Shown here piece after piece: positions 32,576-42,398 of a DNA stretch of 64,000 bases; the first letter of the stretch is position 1; each line of letters opens with the position of its first letter. A program made the translations under genes and the position numbers. The notes beneath the pieces are model-generated. The model worked only from the letters and a program-made list of their open reading frames with translations, did no database searches and was not told where the DNA came from. Source of the stretch: an uncultured Verrucomicrobiae bacterium. GTDB taxonomy: Bacteria > Verrucomicrobiota > Verrucomicrobiia > Chthoniobacterales > JAFAMB01. The stretch is from NCBI GenBank assembly GCA_963837955.1, contig CAWIPH010000002.1, forward strand, positions 2,848,001 to 2,912,000. Reading direction: 5' to 3'.

Positions 32576-33784
32576 ATGCATTTCTCGCGAATGAAAAGAC
32601 GGAGCTTTGTTCGTGGCGCAACAGCCACGATTGCGAAACGTGCTCAATTGGCTCTGTTGCTTTGCGGAATTCTTGGGATCGCCTGGAAACTACTGGTTTC
32701 AAGTGTAACGATGGCGAGTCCCAATGCCATCGGCTCCAATCCGGATGAGCCGTCCAGGGGTCAAACTCTAAGGAAGGTACCGCTCGGGATGGTCTGGATC
32801 CCCGAAGGCACGTTTCTAATGGGAACCAATGACGAGGAGAGCGTTCCCAACGAGCGGCCTGCTCACTTCGTTCAGGTCCAGGGTTTTTGGATGGATGAGC
32901 ACGATGTAACTAACGCGGAGTTCTCCAAGTTTGTTGAAGCGACCAGGTATATAACCACGGCGGAACATAAGATTGTTTGGGAGGACCTAAAGAAGGAGCT
33001 TCCGCCGGGCACGTCGAAGCCGGACGACAGCGCTCTAGATCCTGGAGCGTTGGTCTTTACTCCCACTTCTAGACCAGTCCCGCTCAACGATCTTTCGGTT
33101 TGGTGGCGTTGGGTGCACGGAGCGAACTGGCGGCACCCTGAAGGCCCGGCAAGTTCTATAGAGGGAAGAGAAAATCATCCAGTCGTTCAGGTCTCTTGGT
33201 TCGACGCGGTAGCCTACGCTCAATGGGCAGGTAAACGGCTACCCACGGAGGCTGAGTGGGAATTCGCTGCACGCGGCGGGCTGGAATCAAAGCGATACGT
33301 CTGGGGTGACGACTTCCAACCGGGTGGCAAACACATGGCGAACACCTGGCAAGGATTATTCCCGGTTCGAGACACTGGCGAAGACGGATTTGTTGGTACT
33401 TCGCCGGTGGGCTCCTTCCCGGCGAATGGGTACGGCTTGTACGACATGGCTGGAAACGTGTGGCAATGGTGCAGTGACTGGTATCGTGTCGATAGCCATA
33501 TCGAAGCCGCTAGCAAAAATGTCTGTCGCGACCCCCGTGGACCGGCGGAGAGTTATGATCCAGGCCATCCTTACTCTCCCAAGCGCGTCGTCAAAGGAGG
33601 TTCATTCCTTTGCAACCCCTCCTACTGCGAGAGTTATCGCCCCAGTGCGCGTCGAGGAACCCCACCCGACACCGGTTCGTCCCATACAGGCTTCCGCTGT
33701 GTGATCCCTGGTGACAACGCAATCCCTGGCGAGAACGCGCAAGTTAGCCGCTCGGTTGGAAGCAAACCTTCTCTCGCAAAATAA
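32576..33784 (+). CDS. formylglycine-generating enzyme (SUMF1/FGE)
   Basis: RLPTEAEWEFAARGG, NGYGLYDMAGNVWQW, KGGSFLCNPSYC, HTGFRC. Confidence 0.92.
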   Translation: MHFSRMKRRSFVRGATATIAKRAQLALLLCGILGIAWKLLVSSVTMASPNAIGSNPDEPSRGQTLRKVPLGMVWIPEGTFLMGTNDEESVPNERPAHFVQVQGFWMDEHDVTNAEFSKFVEATRYITTAEHKIVWEDLKKELPPGTSKPDDSALDPGALVFTPTSRPVPLNDLSVWWRWVHGANWRHPEGPASSIEGRENHPVVQVSWFDAVAYAQWAGKRLPTEAEWEFAARGGLESKRYVWGDDFQPGGKHMANTWQGLFPVRDTGEDGFVGTSPVGSFPANGYGLYDMAGNVWQWCSDWYRVDSHIEAASKNVCRDPRGPAESYDPGHPYSPKRVVKGGSFLCNPSYCESYRPSARRGTPPDTGSSHTGFRCVIPGDNAIPGENAQVSRSVGSKPSLAK

Positions 33785-33833
33785 GCGGCTTCTTGCGCAA
33801 AGAATTCCGAAGAACTAACACCCCAAAAAACTA

Positions 33834-35501
33834 ATGAAATATAAACCAAAAGTAGTCAGTTACGGTCTGTCCGTTCTGACCTCTTCGGCTGCCATTATCT
33901 CGGCGGCCACGATTGCGCTCATCGGCGCAGCCGGACCACTGCAAGCGCAGGAAAAAAAGCCCAATATCGTCGTCATCATGGGTGACGACATCGGCATGTG
34001 GAACATCGGTGCCTATCACCGGGGCTTGATGGCCGGGAAGACGCCGAATCTCGACAAGCTCGCCAAAGAAGGCATGTTGTTCACCGACTACTACGCCGAG
34101 GCAAGCTGCACGGCGGGTCGCGCGAACTTCATCACCGGAGAGCTGCCGATCCGCACCGGCATGACCACGGTCGGCCAAGCCGGTGCGTCGGTAGGGTTGC
34201 CGGCCGAGGCTTGCACAATTGCCACCGCGCTTAAAGCGCAGGGCTACGCCACCGGCCAGTTCGGCAAGAATCACCTTGGCGATAAGAATGAGTTCCTGCC
34301 TACCGTCCACGGGTTCGATGAATTCTTCGGCTACCTCTATCACTTGGACGCGATGGAAGACCCGGCGCATCCCAACTACCCGCAAAATCTGTTGAACGTC
34401 GTCGGCCCGCGCAACATGGTCCATAGCTGGGCCACCGATACGGACGACGCCACCGAGATGCCGCGCTGGGGCAAGATCGGCAAACAGAAGATCGAGGACG
34501 CCGGCACGCTTTATCCCGAACGGATGAAAACCGTGGATAATGAGATTCGCGACCTCGCGTTGAATTTCATGGAAAAGGCCCAAAAGGACGGCAAGCCCTT
34601 CTTCTGCTGGCTCAATCCGACGCGCATGCACATTGTCACGCACCTCTCGGACAAGTATGAGAAAATGCGCAACTCAGAGAATGGCTGGTCGGAAGAAGAA
34701 GCCGGCATGGCCCAACTCGATGACGACGTCGGTTTGGTGATGCAGAAGCTCAAGGACATGGGCGTGGATGACAACACGATCGTCGTTTTCACCACAGACA
34801 ACGGCACCGAAGTCTTCACCTGGCCCGATGGCGGACAGACACCGTTCGCGCAGGCCAAAGGGACGGTCATGGAGGGCGGCTTCCGCGTGCCGTGCATCCT
34901 GCGCTGGCCCGGCCATGTGCCGGCGGACTCCGTTCAGAACGGCATCTTCTCTGGCATGGACTGGTTCCCCACCTTCCTCGATGCCGCTGGCAACCCGAAT
35001 ATCACCGACCAGTTGCTCAAGGGTGTGAAACTCGGCGACCGGACTTATAAGAACCACCTCGACGGCTACGACCAGATGGCCGCCATCACCGGCAAAGGCC
35101 CGTCCACACGTCATGAAATTTTCTACCTCGGCGAAAGCACCGTCGGCGCGGTGCGCATTGACGATTACAAGTTCCGCTTCATAGACCAACCCCAAGGCTG
35201 GCTTGGTGAGAAGACCAAACCTGACGTGCCTTACATCACCAACCTTCGCCTCGATCCGTTCGAGCGCACGGGCTGGCCAAACGAGGGGACGAAAGAAGGG
35301 GGGCAGCAATACTTCGATTGGTTCAAGTATCAATTCTGGCGCTTTGTGTTCGTCCAGCAGGTGATGGGCAAGGAACTCCAGACCTTCCTGGATTACCCGC
35401 CGATGCAAAGGGGCGCGAGCTTCAACCTCGATGCAGTGAAAGCGGAGATGGCGAAAAAGATGGAACAGGCGGAGGCGGCGAGCAAAGGCCCCAGCCAGTA
35501 A
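33834..35501 (+). CDS. Cys-type arylsulfatase
   Basis: KPNIVVIMGDD, SCTAGR (CxAxR), GKNHLG, TDNG. Confidence 0.94.
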   Translation: MKYKPKVVSYGLSVLTSSAAIISAATIALIGAAGPLQAQEKKPNIVVIMGDDIGMWNIGAYHRGLMAGKTPNLDKLAKEGMLFTDYYAEASCTAGRANFITGELPIRTGMTTVGQAGASVGLPAEACTIATALKAQGYATGQFGKNHLGDKNEFLPTVHGFDEFFGYLYHLDAMEDPAHPNYPQNLLNVVGPRNMVHSWATDTDDATEMPRWGKIGKQKIEDAGTLYPERMKTVDNEIRDLALNFMEKAQKDGKPFFCWLNPTRMHIVTHLSDKYEKMRNSENGWSEEEAGMAQLDDDVGLVMQKLKDMGVDDNTIVVFTTDNGTEVFTWPDGGQTPFAQAKGTVMEGGFRVPCILRWPGHVPADSVQNGIFSGMDWFPTFLDAAGNPNITDQLLKGVKLGDRTYKNHLDGYDQMAAITGKGPSTRHEIFYLGESTVGAVRIDDYKFRFIDQPQGWLGEKTKPDVPYITNLRLDPFERTGWPNEGTKEGGQQYFDWFKYQFWRFVFVQQVMGKELQTFLDYPPMQRGASFNLDAVKAEMAKKMEQAEAASKGPSQ

Positions 35502-35694
35502 CAGAAATGACCTTCACGGCGGGCGGGCTCGCCAGGGCCGCCCGCCGAACTGGAAAGGGAAAGCACAGGGCGGGGGCGGGCTACACCTTGGAAATTCGAC
35601 TTCGCTGCGGCGGGAAAAACCAGTCGAACCATTAATACCTAACTAGTGTGAATCAAACCCAGACCAGACACCTAACCACAAAAATGGGAAAGCC

Positions 35695-36105
35695 ATGAAA
35701 CACATATTCACCGGATTCAATCTTATCGGCGCCTTCACGCTTCTGGTGTTGGCACTGGGCTGCACCAGCATGCAGACGCAGAATAAAGAGAACCTTCTGA
35801 TCGCGGCAGGCTTCAAAGTCATCGTCCCCAGTACCGCCGCGCAGCAACAAAAACTCGGAGCACTTCCGGCTGGCAAAGTGACCTTGGTCCAGAAAGACGG
35901 GAAGACCTACTACGTTTTCCCGGACGCAGCTAACAACCAGGCTTACGTGGGTAGCCCAGAACAATATCAAGCTTACAAGCAGCTTCGTTTGGCGAATAAA
36001 TTGGCTAACGAAAACCTTGAAGCCGCGGAGATGAACCAGGATGCATCGATGAATTGGGACACGTGGCGCGGATGGGGTGGACCGGGATGGGTAGGAAGGA
36101 GATAG
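35695..36105 (+). CDS. hypothetical lipoprotein
   Basis: LALGC lipobox; LIAAGF; W/G-rich C-terminus. Confidence 0.75.
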   Translation: MKHIFTGFNLIGAFTLLVLALGCTSMQTQNKENLLIAAGFKVIVPSTAAQQQKLGALPAGKVTLVQKDGKTYYVFPDAANNQAYVGSPEQYQAYKQLRLANKLANENLEAAEMNQDASMNWDTWRGWGGPGWVGRR

Positions 36106-36182
36106 GATCGTCTTAAGCTAGAGGACGACAAGGGGGATCGCGACGACCCAACAACCACTATTCCTCTTATGGAGTGGCGATC

Positions 36183-36938
36183 ATGAATTCCATCGCTGTC
36201 GGCTTGATCGTGTTCGCTTGCGTTTTTGGCGGTGCGCTGTTTGGGATGTTTCTCAGTGCCCGTCTGCCCGAGCATCATCTGAGTGGCGATTCGAAAGATA
36301 TTGTGAGATTGGGGATGGGGCTGATCGGGACGATGACTGCCCTGGTTCTTGGTCTACTAGTCGCGTCGGCCAAGAGTTTCTATGACTCCCAGAGTAGCGA
36401 ACTGACGGAGATGTCCGCCAAGATCGTCCTACTTGACCGGGTCCTGGCCCATTACGGGCCAGAGACGAAGGAAGTCCGTGATCTGTTGCATGGCGCCGTT
36501 GCCCGCACGCTCGATCGGCTTTGGCCGCAAGACCGTCGGCAACATCCCCAAGTGGAACCGACGGCAGCCGGGGGCGAAATTATCCTTGATAAAATTCAGG
36601 AATTATCGCCGAAGAACGATACTCAACGCTCGCTCCAAGCTCAGGCGTTAAATATGGCGATTGATCTCGGAAAAATGCGTTGACTGATGTTCGAACAGGG
36701 AAGCAGCTTCATTTCGATGCCATTGCTGGCGATGCTCGTTTTCTGGCTCGCCATTATTTTCAGCAGCTTCGGCCTCTTTGCTCCTCGCAATGCGACCGTT
36801 ATGACTACTTTATTCCTGTTCGCGCTATCGGCTGCAGCTGCGATTTTCTTGATCCTGGAGATGTACGCGCCTTTCCAGGGGCTGATTCAGATCTCCAGCG
36901 CTCCCCTACGCAACGCCCTTGCGCATCTCGGCCAGTAG
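36183..36938 (+). pseudogene. DUF4239-like membrane protein interrupted by an in-frame TGA
   Basis: ORFs 36174-36683 and 36687-36938 are in the same frame, separated only by TGA (36681-36683) and CTG; LVLGLLVASAKS and LILEMYAPFQG motifs. Confidence 0.75.
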
Positions 36939-37086
36939 CGGGCCGGATGCTGAAGCTCTCTCAAAACATTGGACCGCTTTTATGTTAGTCATTCGCCAAG
37001 ATTCGAGAGGGAGTTAACTGAGGAAATCGCCAAAGCCCTCCACCCTGCCGCCGGAACTGCGTTCTTCGCAAGTCTTTGCGCCGCTC

Positions 37087-40000
37087 CTAAAAGTTAATCC
37101 CGGCTGTGATCTGCACTCCATGTAATGACATCTTATAGAGGAAATCGCCGGCGCTCTCGTCGCGGAACTCGTCATAGAGATACCGATAACCAACCTCAGA
37201 ATGGATATTACGAGTAAGTTGGCAGCCTAATGCGCCGTAAACCTGTACAGCGATGTCGGACCCAACGCCAAACCCGCCGACATCGCTTTCAGCAGTGAGA
37301 TAGAACGCCTTGTTCAGATTAAATCGCCCTCGTAAACCGACCAGCGGGTCAAACCAGTCATCGTAAAAAGAAAAGCTTCGGTTCAATTGGCCCGTTAGAC
37401 TGTTGGCAACCTGGCTCGCCAGTTGAGCTTTTAGCTGATTAACTCTGGCCTGAGCGCGAGTTCGAATCGCAGCTGTTAGCTCCGGCTGCCGACTTGCGAG
37501 CAGCTGTTGGATCAAATTCCGTATCGTATCCCGCTCGCCGCCGGCGACCGGGGCCACTGGCAATGTTGGATTACGCCCAAGGAGCGAGGTTAGCTTATCT
37601 ACGATGTTTTGTTGGACCAGAGTCCGCAGGTCGGAGCCAGGTGTGGACAGTTGCTGAGCGAATCGGTCCACCAACTGGGTGCTCGCCGCATCGATAGCGA
37701 GGTTATTGGCTTGCAAGCCGACCTGCTGGCCGAGATAGGTATATCTAAACCCGGCCAGCAGATCCAGCCAACCACAGGATCCTTCAATGACTCTCCAAGA
37801 ACCAAAGTATTCGCCGAGGAATTGTTGCAAGCCCAGATCTACCTTTGATACCAGACCTGTTCCGCTAGCACCGGCTTGACCGTTCAAATAGAGAAGGTCA
37901 CCGAATGCACCAAAACGCCCCCTTCTAACTTCGCCGCTGAACGAAAAAATAGCGTTGATATTTCGGAGAATTTGGTCGACCCGGACGTCGATGTTAGAGT
38001 TGATTCCGTGAAATCCGGTGGTGCCGGTGACGTTGGCTAGCCAGCCGGGGGCGCCAACAGTGATTTGCCAAGGTTCAGTCGTCTTCGCCGACGGTTGTTC
38101 CACTACCTTAGCCTCTGCTTGCTTACCAGCGGATTGTTTCGCCGATGGCTGTTCTACCACCTCTGCCTCTTTAGGTGCACCACCCCATTGCCACCGGACT
38201 CCGGCATTGACGGCCCACGGTTGTCGAATCTTGTCGCCGTTGGCGTAGTCGTACTCGCCGTAAAGGTAGACAGACTGATTTAATCTGGCTGCTAGTCCGG
38301 CTCCGGCCTCCACCCGAGTCCCGCTAACTGTTGGCTGAAAGGGGGTCTCATCTAGTGTGATACCGTCTCCAGTGAGGAACTCATGGACGGCCGAAACTTT
38401 CAAATACGGCTCGAACGTTATCCCGTTGCTGAGCGAAAAATGCATCCCTGCTCTCAAACCCAATCGCCCTCGCAGCGAAAACTGATCAGATCCGCCCACC
38501 ATCAAGCCGTTCGATGTGGTGTAATTGTTTCCAGCCAACCAAACTCCAGCCAGTTGCGCCTGCGGCTCTATAAAAAGTTTTCCGACATCAAAGCGTTTAC
38601 CCACTTCCAAGGAACCGCCTAGGGACGGAATGCTGTAATATACTGTGGAGAGGCTTCCATCAGATAAAGGCGTGTGAAAATAGTTCCAGAGCTGGGTGTA
38701 TTTGAGAACGAGATCGGCGTACCAGCCTTTAGGATCAATCCAAGTCGCATACGTCCCCACGCTGATAGCGTTAGTCGAACCCTCGCCCCCATCCAGAAAA
38801 TCGCGTGACGCATTGAAGTAGCTCAGAAAGCCGCCTAGATAGAGATCGCCTTGGAGCGCAGCAAATCGCTTGTCGGCACCCAGCTGAAAACCTCCCGTAT
38901 TTTGATCGTAGGGGCGGCTCACCTGGTCATTGATACGCACTCCGTTACCAAATCCACGAACCCATGTCCCAATCGTTGAATAAGTTTCCTCAGGATGCGC
39001 TGACAACACGGCTTTGCCGTTGGAGTCAACGGAAGCGCCGCCTCCGGGCAGAAGACGCAACTCACCGAGTCGCTGGATTAGCGTATCCATGTCCGCATAG
39101 AACAAAGGGACGCCTGCTGCATAGGTCCCAATCGCGGCGTTGGCTGCGTTCGAAAGAGCGTCAACAGGTGAAAACCCTACCGGCGTGTTAGCAGAGCCTA
39201 TAGGCAGGTTTGAAGGCCGGATAACTTGATCTCGCACAATCCGGTCTGCACGCACCAGATACCAATCGTCTGGAATCGGTGTAGCGCTGGAACCGTCACC
39301 ATGGACAACATAGTACTTGAAGACGGCACGATCGATCATTCCTGAAAATCCAGCGACACCGTCGGAGGTCTTCACCACCAGCAACGCTGCGTTCGCTCGA
39401 AGATCCGAACCGGCTCCCCGGTCGAAAAAGCTAAGCAGATGCGAACCTGCGCTTGTGCCGGTGATATCGATGAGATCGCCAACCTCACGCTTGAGGTCGA
39501 TGTTCATGCCGAAGGTACCGCCCGTGCCAGACAATCTTCCGAGAGTCAGCGTCCTGCGAAGATCGATGAACGGTGCGCGGAACAGAATGTCAGCTCCAGG
39601 GCTGACGCTCAACGATTTGAGGTTGGAGTTTCCGGTCAAGACCCATTGGCTGCTGCCGTCGATCCTCAGGTCGACGCCCATACCGAGCGGCCGCGGATTC
39701 ACTTTGCCGGTCAGCACGCTGCTATCAGTAAGATTGAATGCTGTTTTACTCGCCGGGTCAGCGAAGATATCACCGAACAGGCTGGCATGGCTGGCGTTGA
39801 AGTTAACTATCGTTGGTGACGTAGGATCAAGAACGCGTAATAGTGCGCTATTACCCGTGACGGTCGCGCCGTTCCTGACAGTGATATTTGCAGCTCCGTT
39901 CTGCACCTGAAAGGCGTCACCAAATACCGTGATGAGATTCCCTCCACTGATGACAATTGAATTGGGTGTATTCGCGGTACCGCGCGTAGCTACAATGCCA

Positions 40001-41073
40001 TGGACAAGCGCCGTCAGATTTGATCCGGCGAAAGTGAGGCTCGCACCATTGTCAACGGACGCTCCGCTGCCTTTTGAACTTAGCACGTCGCTGTTGGTAA
40101 AGGCTATACTGCTGCCGGCACCGGAGGCAAACGCGCCGTACGCACTTAAGCCGGCCGTTGTAACTGAGCCGCCGTTCAACTGAATCGAGCCACCATTATC
40201 GGCTTCCGCACCGGCCGCTCCCAGACCCGATGTTGCAATGGTCAGATTTGTTCCAAATATCTTGCCGTTGGCACCAAACACGTGCAGACCATCCGCGTTA
40301 ACGCCGCTGGTTCTGACGCTGGAATTCTGCAGATCGATTGTCCCACCCAACGCTGCCGCTCCGTCCGCATTGAATCCGGCCGGCGACAGGAGGCCCGAGG
40401 TCGTGATCGTGATTCCGTTGGCCGTTACCGTTCCGCCGGTCAAAGCGAAAATGCCGAAACCGCCGCTTCCTGAAGTCGCAATTGTGGTGTTGGAATTTAT
40501 CTCCACTAAGCCAGTTCCGCGCGCTTCGACCCCGTGGGAATCAACTCCCTTCATGGAGATGGTTAACGCGCCCTTTGCGCTGACGGTACCGTTGTCAGCG
40601 AATAGGCCAAAGCTATTGTTGCCCACGATTTCGATCTTACCGCCGTCGAGGATCACCGAGCCGCCGTCAATGCCGCTCGCAGCCGATATTCCGGTCTGCC
40701 CCAGCCCTAATCCTGCTATGCTCAGGTTCTCTGCTGTGATCCGGCTTCCAATGCCCTGCGCCTGTAGCCCGGTTAAACCTCCCGTGGGGAGAATCGCGAT
40801 CAGATCGTTGACCGATAAGATGGTCCCACCCCGGATGGCGAGCATTACCGGTTGAGCGGTGCTTGTCGAATAAATCTTGCTAATGGAAATTAGGTTCTGA
40901 CTCGGGCCATCCGCCTGCAGAACGTTGTCCCCTCGAACTGCACCCAGCTCTCCAACCATAAAAAAAATCGCGATCAGAATCAGCGCGGACGATGCGCGGC
41001 GGTGCATGCCATGCTTCGTACTATTTTCCATTACCGACTGGCTCCACGCGCTTAACATACGGCGAAGATGCAT
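37087..41073 (-). CDS. autotransporter (pertactin-like passenger + beta-domain) with an extra C-terminal barrel-like domain; start uncertain
   Basis: G/A/T-rich beta-helix repeats, GDLIDITGTSAGSH autochaperone-like region, QRLGELR helix, barrel ending NAGVRWQW, then about 360 more aa ending AGINF. Confidence 0.85.
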   Translation of the reverse strand: MHLRRMLSAWSQSVMENSTKHGMHRRASSALILIAIFFMVGELGAVRGDNVLQADGPSQNLISISKIYSTSTAQPVMLAIRGGTILSVNDLIAILPTGGLTGLQAQGIGSRITAENLSIAGLGLGQTGISAASGIDGGSVILDGGKIEIVGNNSFGLFADNGTVSAKGALTISMKGVDSHGVEARGTGLVEINSNTTIATSGSGGFGIFALTGGTVTANGITITTSGLLSPAGFNADGAAALGGTIDLQNSSVRTSGVNADGLHVFGANGKIFGTNLTIATSGLGAAGAEADNGGSIQLNGGSVTTAGLSAYGAFASGAGSSIAFTNSDVLSSKGSGASVDNGASLTFAGSNLTALVHGIVATRGTANTPNSIVISGGNLITVFGDAFQVQNGAANITVRNGATVTGNSALLRVLDPTSPTIVNFNASHASLFGDIFADPASKTAFNLTDSSVLTGKVNPRPLGMGVDLRIDGSSQWVLTGNSNLKSLSVSPGADILFRAPFIDLRRTLTLGRLSGTGGTFGMNIDLKREVGDLIDITGTSAGSHLLSFFDRGAGSDLRANAALLVVKTSDGVAGFSGMIDRAVFKYYVVHGDGSSATPIPDDWYLVRADRIVRDQVIRPSNLPIGSANTPVGFSPVDALSNAANAAIGTYAAGVPLFYADMDTLIQRLGELRLLPGGGASVDSNGKAVLSAHPEETYSTIGTWVRGFGNGVRINDQVSRPYDQNTGGFQLGADKRFAALQGDLYLGGFLSYFNASRDFLDGGEGSTNAISVGTYATWIDPKGWYADLVLKYTQLWNYFHTPLSDGSLSTVYYSIPSLGGSLEVGKRFDVGKLFIEPQAQLAGVWLAGNNYTTSNGLMVGGSDQFSLRGRLGLRAGMHFSLSNGITFEPYLKVSAVHEFLTGDGITLDETPFQPTVSGTRVEAGAGLAARLNQSVYLYGEYDYANGDKIRQPWAVNAGVRWQWGGAPKEAEVVEQPSAKQSAGKQAEAKVVEQPSAKTTEPWQITVGAPGWLANVTGTTGFHGINSNIDVRVDQILRNINAIFSFSGEVRRGRFGAFGDLLYLNGQAGASGTGLVSKVDLGLQQFLGEYFGSWRVIEGSCGWLDLLAGFRYTYLGQQVGLQANNLAIDAASTQLVDRFAQQLSTPGSDLRTLVQQNIVDKLTSLLGRNPTLPVAPVAGGERDTIRNLIQQLLASRQPELTAAIRTRAQARVNQLKAQLASQVANSLTGQLNRSFSFYDDWFDPLVGLRGRFNLNKAFYLTAESDVGGFGVGSDIAVQVYGALGCQLTRNIHSEVGYRYLYDEFRDESAGDFLYKMSLHGVQITAGINF

Positions 41074-41133
41074 ACTCGGACCTCAAAAGGGGGCAGATCG
41101 GGTTGGATACTAAACTTTTCCGACAGGAATTTC

Positions 41134-41153
41134 TATTGGACCAAAGTCCAATA
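41134..41153. promoter_or_regulatory. palindromic operator box upstream of autotransporter
   Basis: TATTGGAC CAAA GTCCAATA (perfect arms); TAGTAT on - strand 21 nt away (41107-41112). Confidence 0.82.
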
Positions 41154-41567
41154 GCCCAGAGCGCAGACTTAAACGACGACTGAGAACGGAGCTGTGCCTC
41201 CTTTAACAGGGCAAACAGCCATTGGGGGCTTTCTCGTCAGTTATTTTCCGAAAAGTTGAGTCCGCTACGCGCCCTCGAATCCGGGAGCTGCAGCACGCAC
41301 CAAGCTCAATGGCTAACACACGTGCGATAAAACTGGTAGCCATTTTTGCCAACCTGGTTGCCAAGGAAAGCGCTTCTGTTCGCGGCGCTAACTCTGATGG
41401 ACATCGTCATCTCTAGATCAGGAGCGCTCATAACGGTGGGACGAGAGACGGATTTCTATCTAGTTACAGGCCGAAATCGCGCATCGAAACGCTGAGCCGG
41501 ACATCTCCGGTATTGTACTTTCCAAACCGCCCGACTAACCAAACCGTGGTGGACAGAGGTAGGCCCC

Positions 41568-41587
41568 TATTGGACTAAGGTCCAATA
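41568..41587. promoter_or_regulatory. palindromic operator box
   Basis: TATTGGAC TAAG GTCCAATA; TACAAT at 41609-41614. Confidence 0.82.
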
Positions 41588-41807
41588 GGAAGATCCGTTC
41601 CGGTTTGATACAATATTTGCTTCGAGGAGAAAATAAGAAAGCGTATGAAAAGCGTGCTGTTAACAACTGTTTTGGCTTCGCCAGTTGTTCCTTTTCTTTC
41701 GTCCATTTTGCTGAGTGGCGCAGTTGTCGCTGCAAACGCTGACCGATTGGCAGCTTCGCTTTCAGATGAGTTTCTTTTCCCGAAATAAAGACTCAGAAAC
41801 ACTACCT

Positions 41808-42101
41808 GTGAGAATACCCCGGCTCGCATTTCTAATCGGAGTGACTGTTTCTCTGGGAGCGTGTACCCAGGGACAGGTCCCGCCGATCGAGCGGCCAGCG
41901 ATCTATCACCCCAACCCTGCCATCGTCCGAAAAGTCCAGATCGCTTTGCGGAATCGGCGGTACTACGCTGGCGTTGTCGATGGGTATCTCGGCCAAAATA
42001 CGGGGATCGCAATACAGATGTTCCAGATCGATCACTCCCAAAGGGTGAAAGCGATTATCGACCGAACGCTTCTGATCTCGCTTGGCATAGCGAGCGATTA
42101 G
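41808..42101 (+). CDS. peptidoglycan-binding domain lipoprotein
   Basis: LGAC lipobox after GTG 41808; VQIALRNRRYYAGVVDGYLG...AIQMFQ PG-binding pattern. Confidence 0.75.
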   Translation: MRIPRLAFLIGVTVSLGACTQGQVPPIERPAIYHPNPAIVRKVQIALRNRRYYAGVVDGYLGQNTGIAIQMFQIDHSQRVKAIIDRTLLISLGIASD

Positions 42102-42260
42102 CAATAGGCACGCAAACCTGTCTTGAAAGAATGAGAACCCTCTGAGCCCGGTCACATCTGAAATCTTCGATACAGCATATATCTGTGCGTTGACTATTTA
42201 GATTCGAGCCCTTTCCTCATGTCCTGTCTAACCGCTAGGACAGAGGCCGCGAATCTGAGG

Positions 42261-42280
42261 TGTTAGACTAAAGTCCAATA
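42261..42280. promoter_or_regulatory. palindromic operator box
   Basis: TGTTAGAC TAAA GTCCAATA; TAGGAT 22 nt downstream. Confidence 0.72.
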
Positions 42281-42398
42281 GACGTCGCGTCGTGTTGAGC
42301 ACTAGGATCCCAAGCGCGATGGCCGACACTCAATTTCTCAGCGCATGCATATTGTCTGAGCCGTGAGAGTAACCCCGGAGAACTAGCATCGCTGTCGT

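Noticed and set aside
36681..36683. Selenocysteine codon
   Set aside because: Context suggests Trp rather than Cys and I saw no convincing SECIS hairpin
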